64,000 bases of DNA from Epiperipatus broadwayi (Eukaryota > Animalia > Onychophora), in the NCBI GenBank assembly GCA_028023455.1, contig JAQFVV010000002.1:28954001-29018000 (forward strand), given 5' to 3'. The translations under genes and the position numbers were made by a program. Below the pieces are notes generated by a model. The model did not search any database and had not been told where the DNA came from. It saw only the letters and a program-made list of their open reading frames with translations. Positions 50,327 through 63,335 of the stretch are shown here, piece by piece (the stretch's first letter is position 1; each line of letters starts with the position of its first letter).

Positions 50327-53300
50327 AAGAAACAGAATATTGGGTGCCAGTTAATTTATGATAATATCAAGGAAAGCACTTTACTGTTTGTGTTCAAACA
50401 GGATCTTTAGCAGCAGGGGATTATACATGCAAATGGGAAAATGTGGAGGATTTAGTCTGCAAGTTGTGTAAGGAAGGCATAGAAAGTGTTAGGCATCTAT
50501 TAATTGAATGTAAATAGCTTAAAGCATAGAGGATACAAATAATAAAATTGTGGAATAATATATATAAGGAAAATGATTAAACAGAAAGTAGGTTATTGAT
50601 TTTTATGCTGGATTTAGAAAATGATAAGGGGGATTTGAATGTAAAAGTCATGGAATTGACAAAGATTTTATGTTGTGGAATTGGGATGGAGCAGGATATG
50701 GGAAAACATAATGTGGGGAATGGAAAGGAAGCTAACAGGTTTTTCTGGGCTTAGTTGCTGAGAGTTTCCTAACTCCTTATAAAGAGAAGTCACAGTGCAT
50801 TACATCATGTCCCATTACTCTTATTAACAGCATGTATAAGGATATAAAATGGTGTCCATGTGATGTTTTGATAGTTCCAATCAATTACATTGATTCTATT
50901 TGATTCTGTTGTATCTAGATTGCTAGTGCTAGTGCTCTGCAGTATGAAGATGAAAAAATATGAAAAGAAACTGGCATAACAAATAATTTCTCCTCATCAT
51001 CATTTTCAATTATTCTCAACTTACTTCATAATCTCAATGAAGGTCTCCCCAAGTTTCTCAGAACCCTAACCTCTGCTTCTTATAATATAGCAGTAACATT
51101 CCTTACTTCATCTACCTATATACCAAATGGACTCTATCTAGGTCTATTACAATCTATTGTGTTTCACTTTAAAATGTCAACTTTCCATTCATTCTCATCT
51201 CATCTAGCAATATGTTCAGTCCAGTTCCATTTGAGTTTTTAATATTTATGTATTTTGATTTCAATTTTTCTTTTTATCCGTAGCATCCATGACTCAATAC
51301 TTTGTACAGTTTTTTAAAGCAAAGACTTTGCTAGAAGCATCTTACATAGAAGAGTTTGCACTTATTCAAATATTCTTTCATTTAGACGATTATGGGTTTA
51401 TCAAAGTACTGTTTTCACCTTACGTTAAAAATATTTACTAAGCCAACTGTAGTGACCCGAAAAAGACATACCTACGGAAAAGCTCAGTCATCGCTATGGA
51501 TTTCTAAAGATGACATTTTTTTTTGAGCCAAAGTTTTTAGAATAGTTAACAGCTGTGTAAATATGAATTATAAGGCAGCTCTGTTATATAAAGATAAGGG
51601 TTTGGAATATCTAAAATCATTAAAATTTTGAATTTGAAAGCATTTGCAAAATTTCTATATATGTTAGGTGCAAATTACTTAATTACATATAATGGTTATG
51701 ATATTTACAATATTACTTATGCATCCGTTTAAACAATTATAAAAAAAATAGAAAAATTCTTTAAATATTACTACTTTCCCAGCTGACGAAAATAGTCCTG
51801 CCATCTTTTGTCAATTTCAGAAAGTAAAATATATGCTTGAATGAAATTAGTCTATAAATCGTAATGCAATAAGAATTATATAACCTGTTTTTTTTATTCT
51901 TATAGACTAGTTACTAATCTCTATAAAAAGAAAGAAAAAAAACATGATCAAAAAGTTCTTTCCAAGAGTAGTTTTGGAAGTAATTAATAGTAACCTCAAT
52001 AATCTACTAATTTATTTACTTTCCTCATAAGCGGTTTTAATGACCCTATGCGTAATATGTTTAAAATCCTTTGTTTTTTCAGTCAATAAAACTTGAGTCT
52101 TTTTATTTTAAACTTCTTCGTATTTAAATAATGAAAAAAATTGGAACTCTTTCATTATTTATAGTTTTTACATTTTTATAAATTAATGTTTTTAACAGAA
52201 GTCTCAAACTATAATAGATTCAAAGGAAAAATTTAAATTAGCCAGGGAAAGGAAATGCTACATTTCATCTGGCCGACAAATAATGGACTAATCCATATTC
52301 TATCTTGATGGGATTGAGCATTAACTTCCACAGACCAATAGATATACAAATAGACAAGATACATGGCAAATATGGGCCAATAGGGACTGATGCTTACTGA
52401 ATCCAATTGCTTTCATGGTGGATGGAAATTTAACCGTAAATAGTCAATCCATTTGGAAGTAAGACCAGACAAGAATTGTCAAAGTTGTGCAGCAATTTAC
52501 AGGTCATCCATTATACGATTGAGCAATCAGACAAGTGTGCTTCCAGAGATAAGGATACAAGGAAAGCTGTCATAGGATAACAGGAAGTATCTTCATACTA
52601 CTCATGAGGCAAACTGTCACAGTATGTTTGGAATGGTAGATAAGCTCAGAAGGGTACATGAAATCCCTTATGGAAATAGTTGTGGGGCAACGAAATGCTA
52701 TACCAATCCAGCAGTATTAGATGAAAGTATAACATTACATGTATATATATATATTGTAAATATGCATTTTGATATTTATTTAATAAATAAATATTAATCG
52801 TATTTCACGAGAATGTGTTTTTATATAAATCATGCAGTAAATACAAGGATCCCTTTATACCATCGTCAGGCTCTCATTGGTTACAATCTTTTATTTAGGC
52901 ACATATATAGTTTAGCAAATCACTTTCAAATAAAACAATATTTTATGAATTGGACGGACTGTCTATTGTGACACAAAGGAACTTTTTAAAATTAGAAAAA
53001 AAGAGAAGTGATTTAAAAAGTATATACAGTATATGCTTTACGACAAAAGGACACAGTGGCACTATTATAGGATAAGTTTTGCCTGTTTTAATAATAGAAA
53101 CACTAATAATGCAGGATTTATTATAAATAATAAATGAAAGAATATATATGGTTATGATATATCAGATAGAATGAAAAGATAATTTACATTTATGACCCAA
53201 TTCAAATAAATGAAAGATACCAAATTCAGATAACTTAGGTTTATGACCCATCAAGTTCCCATTGTGATAAAAAAGTATAGGATTTTTATTTGGATTTATA

Positions 53301-56300
53301 AAAATATTTTTAATGAGACCAAATAACATTTTTAATTTGTTTGAGAGACTTTATTGCTAACCATTAAAAGATAAATGTACTCTAAATAAATTTGGTTATT
53401 GGGATAAATATGAGGGAGGACGTAGACTTGTGGAAGTTGTTGATGTCCAAAAACTATACAGTTTTAAATCGAAATGGACATGGAAACATGCAAATGAAAG
53501 TACAATAGAATTGGATTATATTTTGACTAAAAGAATATGTACATCACAAAAGAAATATTCTTAATAATGGAAGATATGATCAATAATTAGGAATATATAA
53601 AATATGGGTTATTGGAAAACTAGAAAAACAAAAATTGTTTTTAAAAATCAGAATTAAGAGATAGTATTGCTAAATTTCGAAAATACTACAATAAATTAAA
53701 ATTTTCAAATAATTTAAAAATAGAAACAGATCTTGAATTTCATTTTGACTTGAGTAAATTCAATAAGGATATAAGTAATACCCTATTGAGAAGTGCAATA
53801 AAAACAGTATGTTCTGAGTCAAAGTATAAAGAAAAGAAAAAGTTTGAACATTTTAAAAAAATGTTCCATTAAAAATAATTTAATATCTTCTAAAATAATA
53901 CAAAAAGAGTTAAAAATGAAATAAACCATTATAATTATCAAATAGTAAGAACAATTATAAAAGAGCATAAAGGTCTCTAAAATGTAAAGCTATATCTGTA
54001 TTGCAAGCAAAGTTCTTTTAGCAAGAAAATGAAATCATAGAAATTGGAACGATATAATGAAATGTGTTGTTCTATAAAGAATTAAGCAGTAATAGAAAAC
54101 AAAAAATCTCTTACAATTACAATATCTTCTGAATTTCACTATAAATTCATCAACACTCCTTTAACACTTTAAGCAAATAATTTTATTTATTTAACAGTTT
54201 CGACTGTACTAGAAAGGTTCAAGAACTTAGGTTAATATTGTTGATATTTTGAATGAAACGAACGTGAAAATGTTGGCAACATTATATCCCAAATGATTAA
54301 ATGATAATAATATAATAGATGATTGAAAGACTGAAGTATCAGTAATAATATATAAGAACGATGTGTTAAAAAAATAATATGGATTAAAGATCTCTCAAAC
54401 TTATATTAATTCCATAGAAACATTGTATTAAATAATTACATCTTGTCTACAGTGCCCATTGGTTTTAACTAACCAAAAGAACATGTTAGATTTAGAAGTC
54501 ATCTTAGCAAAGTAACACACATTCAAAATATTGACAGAAGATATAAAAAAAAACCATTGAATAGGAGTTATCATTCTGTGTTCATTTGTAACGAACAAAA
54601 TAGCATTTGATTCCATTAGCACTCCATGGGAATTAATGTTTGCATCATCAAAACATACACCCATTTGGAGACCAAAGGCATTTTATTATTGTGAATATTT
54701 AATTAGTTATTTATCCTCTAGACTAAAAAGAAAAAAAAAGATTTGATAAATTAATGTATGCTCTCAAGAAATTAGCAACAGGGTATTATACACGAAAATG
54801 GAAACATGTGGGTGATTTCGTCTGCAAGTTGTATAATGAAGCATAGAAAGTATTAGGCATCTGTTAATTGAATGAAAATGGCTTAAAGTAGAAAAGGTAT
54901 AAATAATAAAATTGTAGAATAATATATATAAGGAAAGTTATTATACAGAAAGTGGGTTATTGATTTTTATGCTAAATTTAGGAGATGATAATAGGGATTT
55001 GAACATAAAGGTCATGGAGTTGACAAAGATTATGTTATGGAAATGAGATAGAGCAGGATATGGGAAAACATACAGTGGGGAATGGAAAGGAATCTCACAG
55101 GTTTCTCTGGGCTTAATTGCTGAGAGTTTCCTGACTCATTATAAAAAGAAGTCACAGGGCATCGCATCACATCCCATTACTCTTATTAACAGCATGTGTA
55201 ACGATATGAAATGGTGAGCATGTGATGTTTTGATAATTTCAATCAATTACAGTAATTCTATTTGATTCTGTTGTAACTACATTGCTAATGCTCTCCAGTA
55301 GGAAGTTGAAAACATATGAAAAGAAACTGACATAATAAATAATTTCTCATCATCATCATTTTTAATTATTCTCAACCTACTTCATAATCTCAGTGAAGGT
55401 CTCTCCAAGTTCAATCAAGTTTCTCAGAACACTAACCTCTGCTTCTTATAATATAGCAGTAACATTCCTTATTTCAACTACCTATATACCAAGTGGACTC
55501 TATCTAGGCCTATTACAATCAATTGTGTTCCACTTTAAAATGCCAACTTTCCATTCATTCTCATCTAGCAATATGCTCAGTCCAATTCCATTTGAGTTTT
55601 TCATACTTTCAATGACATCAGTGATATCTATTTGTTCTCAGATTTATGTATTTTGATTTCAATTTTTCTTTTTATCAGTAACATTCACGACTCCATACTT
55701 TGAAGAGTTTTCGAAAGCAAAGACTTTGAAAGAAGCACTTATTCAAGTATTCTTTTATTTAGACAAGTATTGGTTTATCAGAGTATTCGTTTTCACCTTA
55801 AGTAAAGAATATTTACTAAGCTAACTGTAGAAATATTACTTGTGGCACCCAGATTTTTTAAAAGCCTTTGTCTCACTGATAGTGACACGGATTGACATTA
55901 CTTAAAGAGCTCTGTCATGACACTAAGACAATCACTATTAGTTTTTAAGCATGACATTTCTCACTAAGAAAAGTTTTAAAATGATAAATCAAAGCTGCAA
56001 ATATCATTTATAAGGGAGGTCTGTTATATAAAGATAAGGGTTTGAAATATTTACAAACATTAAAATTTTGAACTTCAAAGCATTTGCAAAATATCAGTAA
56101 ATGTTAGGTTCGCATTACTTAATTACATATTGTGGAAATAATATTTAAAATATTATTTATACATCCGTTTAAACAATTACAAAAAAATAGAAAAAAACTT
56201 TAAAAATTACTACTTTCCCAGCTGACAAAAATCGTACTGCCATCTCTTGTCAATCTCAGAAAGTAAAATATATGCTCGAATGAAATTAGTCTATAAATCG

Positions 56301-58542
56301 TAATGCAACAAGAATTATATCATCTGTTTTTTTTTATTCTTATAGACTTTTGCTAACCTCTACAAAAAGAAAGAAAAAAAACGTTATCAAAATGTTTTTG
56401 TTTCCAAGATTTTACAGAAAGTTAGTAGTTTTTGGAACCAATTAACAGTAACCTTAATGATCTATTAATTTATTTGCTTTCCTTATAAGCGGTTTTTATG
56501 ATCCTATACTTAATGTGTTTAACATCCTTTGAAAAAATAATTTATTTATACGAATTCTGAATTTACTTTGAACATTTTTTTCAACCAATAACATTTCATT
56601 CTTTTTATTTTAAACTTCTATGTATTTAAAAAATGAAAAAAAAATCGAACTCTTTTATTACTTATGGTTTTTACATTTTTATAAATTAATGTTTTTAACA
56701 AAAGTTGCAGACATTCTCTAGGGCTAATTTTAGCCAGGGAAAAGAAATGCTACATTTCATCTGGCCAACAAATAACGGACTAATCCAGATTCTATCTTGA
56801 TGGGATTGAGCATTAACTTCCATAGATCAATAGATATACAAATAGACAACATACATGAGAAGTATGGACCAATAGGGACTGATGCTCACTGAACCCAATT
56901 GCTCTCATCATGGAGATAAATTTGACCATAAATAGACAATCCATTTGGAGGTAAAACCAAATAACAATTGTCAATGTTGAACAGCAGTTGACATGTCATC
57001 CAGTATATGACTGAGGAATGAGACAAGTCAGATGTAAGACAGACACAAGACAAGCTGTCATAGAATAACAGGAAGTATCTTCATACCTACTCATGAGGCA
57101 AACTGCCACGGTAGGTCTGGAATGGTAGATAAGCTCAGAAGGGTACCTAAATCCCTTATGGAAATAGTTGTGTGGCAACTAAATTTATACCAAGCCAGCA
57201 ATATTAGATGAAAGTATAATATTATAAATATGTACTTTGATATTTATTTAATAAATAAATATTAATCATATTTCTCGAGAATGTGTTTTTATATAAATTA
57301 TGCAGTAAATACAAAAATCTCTTTATACCATCGTCAGTCCCTCATTGGTTACAATCTTTTTTTTTAGGCACCTCCATATTAGGAAATCACTTTCAAATGA
57401 TGCAAGATTTACTATAAATAATAAATGAAAAGATAATTTACAATTATGACGCAATTCAAATAAATGAAAGATACCAAATGCAGATAACTTAGGGATATTA
57501 CTCGTCAAGTTTTTCATTGTGATAAAAAAGTATAAGATTTTTATTGGGATTTATAAAAATGTTTTTAATAAGACCAAATAACATTTTTAATTTGTTTGAG
57601 AGACTTTATTGCTAACAATTAAAAGACAAAAGTGCTTTCAAATTAATTTGGTATAGGAATACAAATGAGGGAGGACGTAGACTTGTGAAGCTTGTTGAAG
57701 TACAAAAACTATACAGAATAAAATCATTATGTAGAAAGATATTAGGTCCAAATGGACATGGAAGCATAGAAATAAAAGTTCAATAGAATTGTATTATATT
57801 TTGAGGAAAAGAATATGTATATCACAAAGGAAATATTTTTAATAACAGAAGATATGATCAACAATTAGTAATATGTAAAATATGTGTTAATGGAAAACTA
57901 GAAAAACAAAAACTCTTTAAAAACTCAGAAAAAACACATAATATTTATAAATTTCGTAAATACTGCAATAAATTTGAATGTTCAAATACATTTAAAGTAG
58001 TAATAGATCTTGGGTTTAGTTTTGACTTATCTAAATTCAATAAAGAGATAACTGCTACCTATAGATGGCTGGTCCTGTGTCAAAGTATAAAGAAAAGAAA
58101 AAGTTTGAAATTTCTAAAAAAAATGTTCCATTAAAAATGATTTAATAGCTTGTAAAATGATACTAAAAGAATTAGAAATGAAATAAAAAATTATAATGGT
58201 CAAATGGTAACAACAGTTATAAAAGATGATAAAGGTCTCTAAAATGTGAAGCTATATCTGTATTGCAAGCAAAGTTGTTTTAGCAAGAGAATAAAACTAT
58301 TTATAAAAATTGGGATGATATAATGAAATACGTTGTTCTATAAAGAATTATACAGTGATAAAAAACAAAAAATCTCTTACAATTACTATATCTTCTGAAT
58401 TGTCAAATATTTTAAAACAAGAGATAAGCTAAAATAGAAACAGCGTCAAGAACTAAGGTTAATATTGTTGATAATTTAAATGATACAAGTGGAAAAATGT
58501 TGACAACATTATATCCGTAATATCTAAATGATAAATATATAA

Positions 58543-58846
58543 GCCAATATACATCACATGATCACCATCTCTTATGCTTGCTCTTAAGCAGTATTAAAAG
58601 GGGCAAAACTCTCCATACATATTGCCACTCAGTGCAAACCATAGTTATGAATGAATGCTGAAAGCTTATCTAGTGCCTACTCATCCAATATCCCCAGACT
58701 AGTTTCTCACTGATGAAGGCCACAAGCCAGAAACTAGTCTGGGCATATTGGATGAGTAGGCACTGGATGAGGATTTTATGCGCAAGCGTTCTGGCATACT
58801 CTAGCTTGCACAGAGTTGCAAGACATATACAGAGTCTTGTCTATTT
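58543..58846. mobile_element. Family 1 fold-back with 14-bp target-site duplication
   Basis: TGATAAATATATAA at 58529-58542 and 58847-58860; empty sites at ~13821 and ~54302. Confidence 0.9.
58704..58745 (+). ncRNA. Type I hammerhead, family 1 (core intact)
   Basis: UUCUCA CUGAUGA AGGCCACAAGCCA GAAACUAGUC^UGGGCA. Confidence 0.75.
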
Positions 58847-59815
58847 TGATAAATATATAATAAATCATTGAAAGACTGGAGTAACAATAATAATATATAA
58901 GAAAGGTGTTAAAAAAATAATACGAATTACAGATCTATCAAACTTATATTAATTCTATAGAAACATAGTATTAAAATATTACATGTTGTCTACAGTGACC
59001 ATTAGTTGTAACCCATCAAAAAAACATGTTGGATTTAGGTCATCTTAGCAAAGTAATACACATGCAAAATATTAACAGAAGATATAAAAAGAACCAATGA
59101 ATAGGAGTTATTGTTGTGTGTTCATTTGTAGCCCACAAAATAGCATTTGATTCCATAAGTATTCCATGGAAATTAACGTTTGCATCATCAAAAGATAGAC
59201 CCATTTCGAAACCAATGGCATTTTATTATTGTCAATAATTAATTAGTTATTTATCATCTTGATTAAAAAGATTTGATAAATTAATTTATGCTCTCAAGAA
59301 ATTAATTCAAACAAATATGATTTAAAACTTTTTGCCATATTGTAACCTTCGACATTGTATAATCAGTCTGCAAGACTGAAACATCAAGCAGAGAGTCTCA
59401 TCCAGTAGACATAAGATTGCCCCCATGGTTAGGTTTAAACCCCTATGTGGACTTACTAGCATCAACCACCTAATTAACATTTGTGATATCATGTAGCTTT
59501 CTTTCTTCATATAGCATGATGTAGCTCAGGGTACAAGCATGGGCTCTTTCTCTCAGGGTTATCCATAAAATCTGACATTACACTATGTTTGTACCCTTTA
59601 AGCCTTACGTAATTTATTTATATTACCATTGTTGGGGTGACATAGAAGTTCAATCACTTTCTAATGTTCCAGGGATAGTATGTATTTATAAAGTACAAAA
59701 CCATGGATGTGCTAGGTATGTTGGTAAATTAATTACTTAATAATATCTATAATATTTAATTATTAGTTTCAACTCACAATAAAGATGCACAATTACTAAA
59801 TAAGTATAAGTGTTA

Positions 59816-61221
59816 AACAGGCAAAACTCTCCATATTGTAGTGCCACCCAGTGCTATCCAGAGTAATCAATGGATGCCAGAAGGTTTGTGCATAAAATCC
59901 CTATCTAGTGAGGACCCTTGGATCTTAGACTACTGCACCTAGATCTTAGGATCTAATGCAACTTTCCAGCAGCCATCTTTTATCTCTAGCAGCCATCTTT
60001 TATCTCTACATAACTACAAAACTATGAGAATGAAATTGAAAACACATTAATATTTTCAATCTAAGCTCAATAGACAAAGGCAAAACTCTCCATGTGATCT
60101 AAGCTCAATAGCTTATATAGTCATATGGGTCTGAACTCAGCTCAGCCTCCATACATTTTGCTGTCTTTAGCTCTTTAACAACCATAGCCACCACTATGGT
60201 ATTTGGCAGGGTTGGTGTTAAACCACTAAACATCACATGATCACCATCTCTTATACTAGCACATAACTGTTGTTAAACAGGCAAAATTCTCCATACAGTA
60301 GTGCCAACCTGTGCCAACCAGTGTAATCAATGGATGCCAGATGGCTTTGCATAAAATCCTATCTAGTGCCTACTCATCCAATATTCCCAGACTAGTTTAT
60401 GGCTTGTGGCCTTTGTCTGTGATGAGCCTTGGATCTGAGAGCACTGCACCTAGATCTTAGGATGTAATACAACCCTCCAGGAGCCACCTTTTATCTCTAC
60501 TTAACTACAAAACTATAAAATTTAATTGAAAACATTAATATTTTTAATCTAACTTCAATAGCTTATATATTCATATGGGTATGAACTCAGTTCAGCACCC
60601 ATTCATTTTGGTGTCTTTGGCTTTTTAACAACCAAAGCCACCACTATGCTATTAGGCATTCATTGCTAGTTTTGGTTGGCACAGGGTGGCACTACTGTGT
60701 GGAGAGTTTTGCCTGTTTAACAAGTTATGTGCTAGTAAGAGAAATGGTAATCATGTGATGTTTAGTGGTTTAATACCAACCCTTCCAAATACCATAGTGG
60801 TGGCTATGGATGTTAAAGAGCTAAAGACACCAAAATGTATGGAAGTTGAACTGAGTTCAGACCCATATGACTATATAAAATATTGAGCTTAGATTAAAAA
60901 TATTAATGTATTTTCCAATTTCATTCTCATAGTTTTGTAGTTAAGTAGAGATAAAAAGTGGCTGCTGAAGGGTTGCATTAGATCCTAAGATGTAGGTGCA
61001 GTGCTTTTAGATTCAAGGCTCCTCGCTGACAAAGGCCATAAGCCAGAAACTAGTCTGGGGATATTGGATGAGTAGGCAATAAATAGGGATTTTATGCAGC
61101 ACAAGCCTTCTGGCATCCATTGATTATTCTGGTTGGCCCAGGCTGGCACTACTCTATGGATAGTTTTGCCTGTTTAACAACCGTTATGTGCTAGTATAAG
61201 AGATGGTGATCATGTGATATA
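59816..61221. mobile_element. Family 1 long tandem/fold-back array with mutated or deleted hammerheads
   Basis: Antisense 59816-60660, sense 60665-61221; motifs at 60385 (CAGACAA/UAAA) and 61020 (CUGACAA) broken; ATAAGTGTTA at 59806 and 61222. Confidence 0.85.
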
Positions 61222-61429
61222 ATAAGTGTTATTATAAAATTTAAAATAATATAGAGGGTAGCTTACAAATATTCTATTTGGGCTGATCTTCTGGCTTTTA
61301 CATGGTATTCTAGAAGGTAGTGGCACCTTACAATAAGGATGTGTTCTATATTGTTTAATAGGGAAAATAAACCAATTTTCTTATGAGAAAAAAGTAGAAA
61401 ACCGTTGTAATGTTTTATCTTTCACAAAA

Positions 61430-61938
61430 TGCAGTAATGAGTTGCAATGCAATAGGATGTGGTACAAACTTCTTTTTTAATGAAGTCAAGAATATCTCAG
61501 CCACTATGCCCATAGAGATCTGTTAGCCACCATACCTTCACTTTCCATTTCATTACCTACCATAGGTTTTCCCTAATTCTTCAATACCCAGTTCCATCTC
61601 ATTATCACAACATCATCTTTCTCCACTCTATGATCTTTCTATCTAGATCCCTTTACCTTTTTTGACACACACAACATAAAAGCCAGGAACCCACTCTCTG
61701 TATAATTACTTTGTTTATATTTTCTTTTTCACAAACTTCATTATTTTACCTTTCATTTACATTCAATTAGCTGTTGCCTAATATTTTCCATGCCTTTTTT
61801 ACATAAGTAGCAGACTAAATCACTCATATTTTTCTGTTTGTGTGTACATTCTCTTGTTGCTAATGATCATGTTTGAACCTTGTAAAATAATTTCTTATGT
61901 ATCATCATAAAATTAACTCAAATCCAATATTTTGTTTA

Positions 61939-61978
<40 letters not shown>

Positions 61979-62990
61979 TAAACATATAATATATATATTT
62001 ATATATATATATATATATAAAATTATTTATTCTATATACTAGTTCTCTATCAACTCCCTATTTTCTATCTCTTTCTTTGACACTATTATTTTGAACAATT
62101 CTCCAACATAATCACCTCACCTTTTATACAAGAATATTGGCATAAACTCTTTATAAAAACCTGTGTATCATATTGTCTTTCTCACCCATCACATTGCCTA
62201 TCCCTTACTAGAAACCCAATTAAATACTATCTTGGCTTATTTCCTTGCTATCCATAGTTGCAATTTAACATTTTCGTTTTGCTTTTTGCATCTGTCATAT
62301 AAAAACTTGACCATTCCATTTCATTTTTTAATTGCCTTCTTTAATATCCACACATCTGCATCTTATGCATGTCTTCTTACTTCTCTATGTACTTTTTAAT
62401 CTGATATCACTTTACTAACACAGAATGCATCATTACTATAAGTTAACCCTGCTACTGCCACTCCTTACACACAATTCTTGCTATATCATATTTATTATAT
62501 CAAAACACTGTTAATTTCTTTATAAGTTTTTCCCCATTCATCCAAGTAATTTCTCTTACTATTTATAATGATTCCCAAATAGTTATAGCTATTCAACACA
62601 TATAACTTTATAGCTCTTCTTTTTCCCCAGAATATGGCATCATTACTTTTCATTTGTCTTCAGAAAATTTAATCCGCAGTTTTTACCCACTCCTGAACAC
62701 ACCATCACGATAACTTCGATATTTTACCTTCTTTCTGTGCATAAGACCATATCATCTTTGAATAAATATACTGACAATAGATACACTTCTTTGTGATCTA
62801 TTAGGGGTATTTCTATCCCTTTTCATAGTCTGTCTATTGCACTCATCATTTGTCTCAAATATAAAAAAATGGCAATAGCAGCCATGGGCATTCTTGCCTT
62901 AGTCCTTCCCATTTAAAACTCTAACTGATTCTATATTTCCTAATTTATACATATAGCAATTATTTTCATACCCTCTGTTAATAAGATATC
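61430..62990 (-). mobile_element. 3-prime portion of the long LINE family with internal (TA)n at 61941-61976
   Basis: Paralog of 38760-40260. Confidence 0.8.
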
Positions 62991-62999
62991 CTAAAGCTC

Positions 63000-63335
63000 C
63001 AATAGCAAACTCTTTATACAGTAGTGTCTCCCAGTGCAAGGCTTAGTAATCAATGGATACAGGAAAGTTTATGCATAAAATCCCCATCTATTCCCTACTC
63101 ATCCAATATTCCCAGATTAAATTTCTAGCTTGTGGCTTTCATCAGTGAGAATGTAAAAACTAGTTTGGAGATATTCGATGAGTAAGCTTTTGATGGGGAT
63201 TTTTATGTACAAATCTTCCTGTATGCATTGATTACTAGAGTTTGCAATAGGTGGCTCTACTGTATGGAGAGCTTACTACTGCTAATAATAGCTTATGCAA
63301 GCACAGGAAATGGTGATCATGTGATCTTTTGGTGG
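63000..63335. mobile_element. Family 1b fold-back element
   Basis: Paralog of 40265-40625. Confidence 0.85.
63109..63151 (-). ncRNA. Type I hammerhead, family 1b, compensatory changes in all three helices
   Basis: UUCUCA CUGAUGA A-AGC CACAA GCU-A GAAA U UUA AUC^UGGGAA. Confidence 0.8.

Larger units (their letters stand above)
46197..50520 (+). pseudogene. LINE ORF2 remnant: APE endonuclease, RT, C-terminal CCHC
   Basis: KIGWLNIQG, VETHL, RGGGIG, YTWSRN..TIDYILV; FIDIEKVYDR, LRQG, FADDI at 49441; CKLCKEGIESVRHLLIEC at 50458; many stops and frameshifts. Confidence 0.85.
44506..50812 (+). mobile_element. Near full-length decayed LINE (esterase-ORF1 type; CR1/L2/RTEX group, clade unresolved)
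   Basis: Absent from paralog at ~28395; ORF1 and ORF2 remnants; CATCA-like tail. Confidence 0.85.
50390..59320. repeat. 4.4-kb tandem duplication (50390-54772 / 54773-59320): LINE tail, block X, RTE
   Basis: Junction CTCTCAAGAAATTAGCAACAGGG at ~54773 fuses RTE to LINE 3-prime sequence. Confidence 0.8.
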
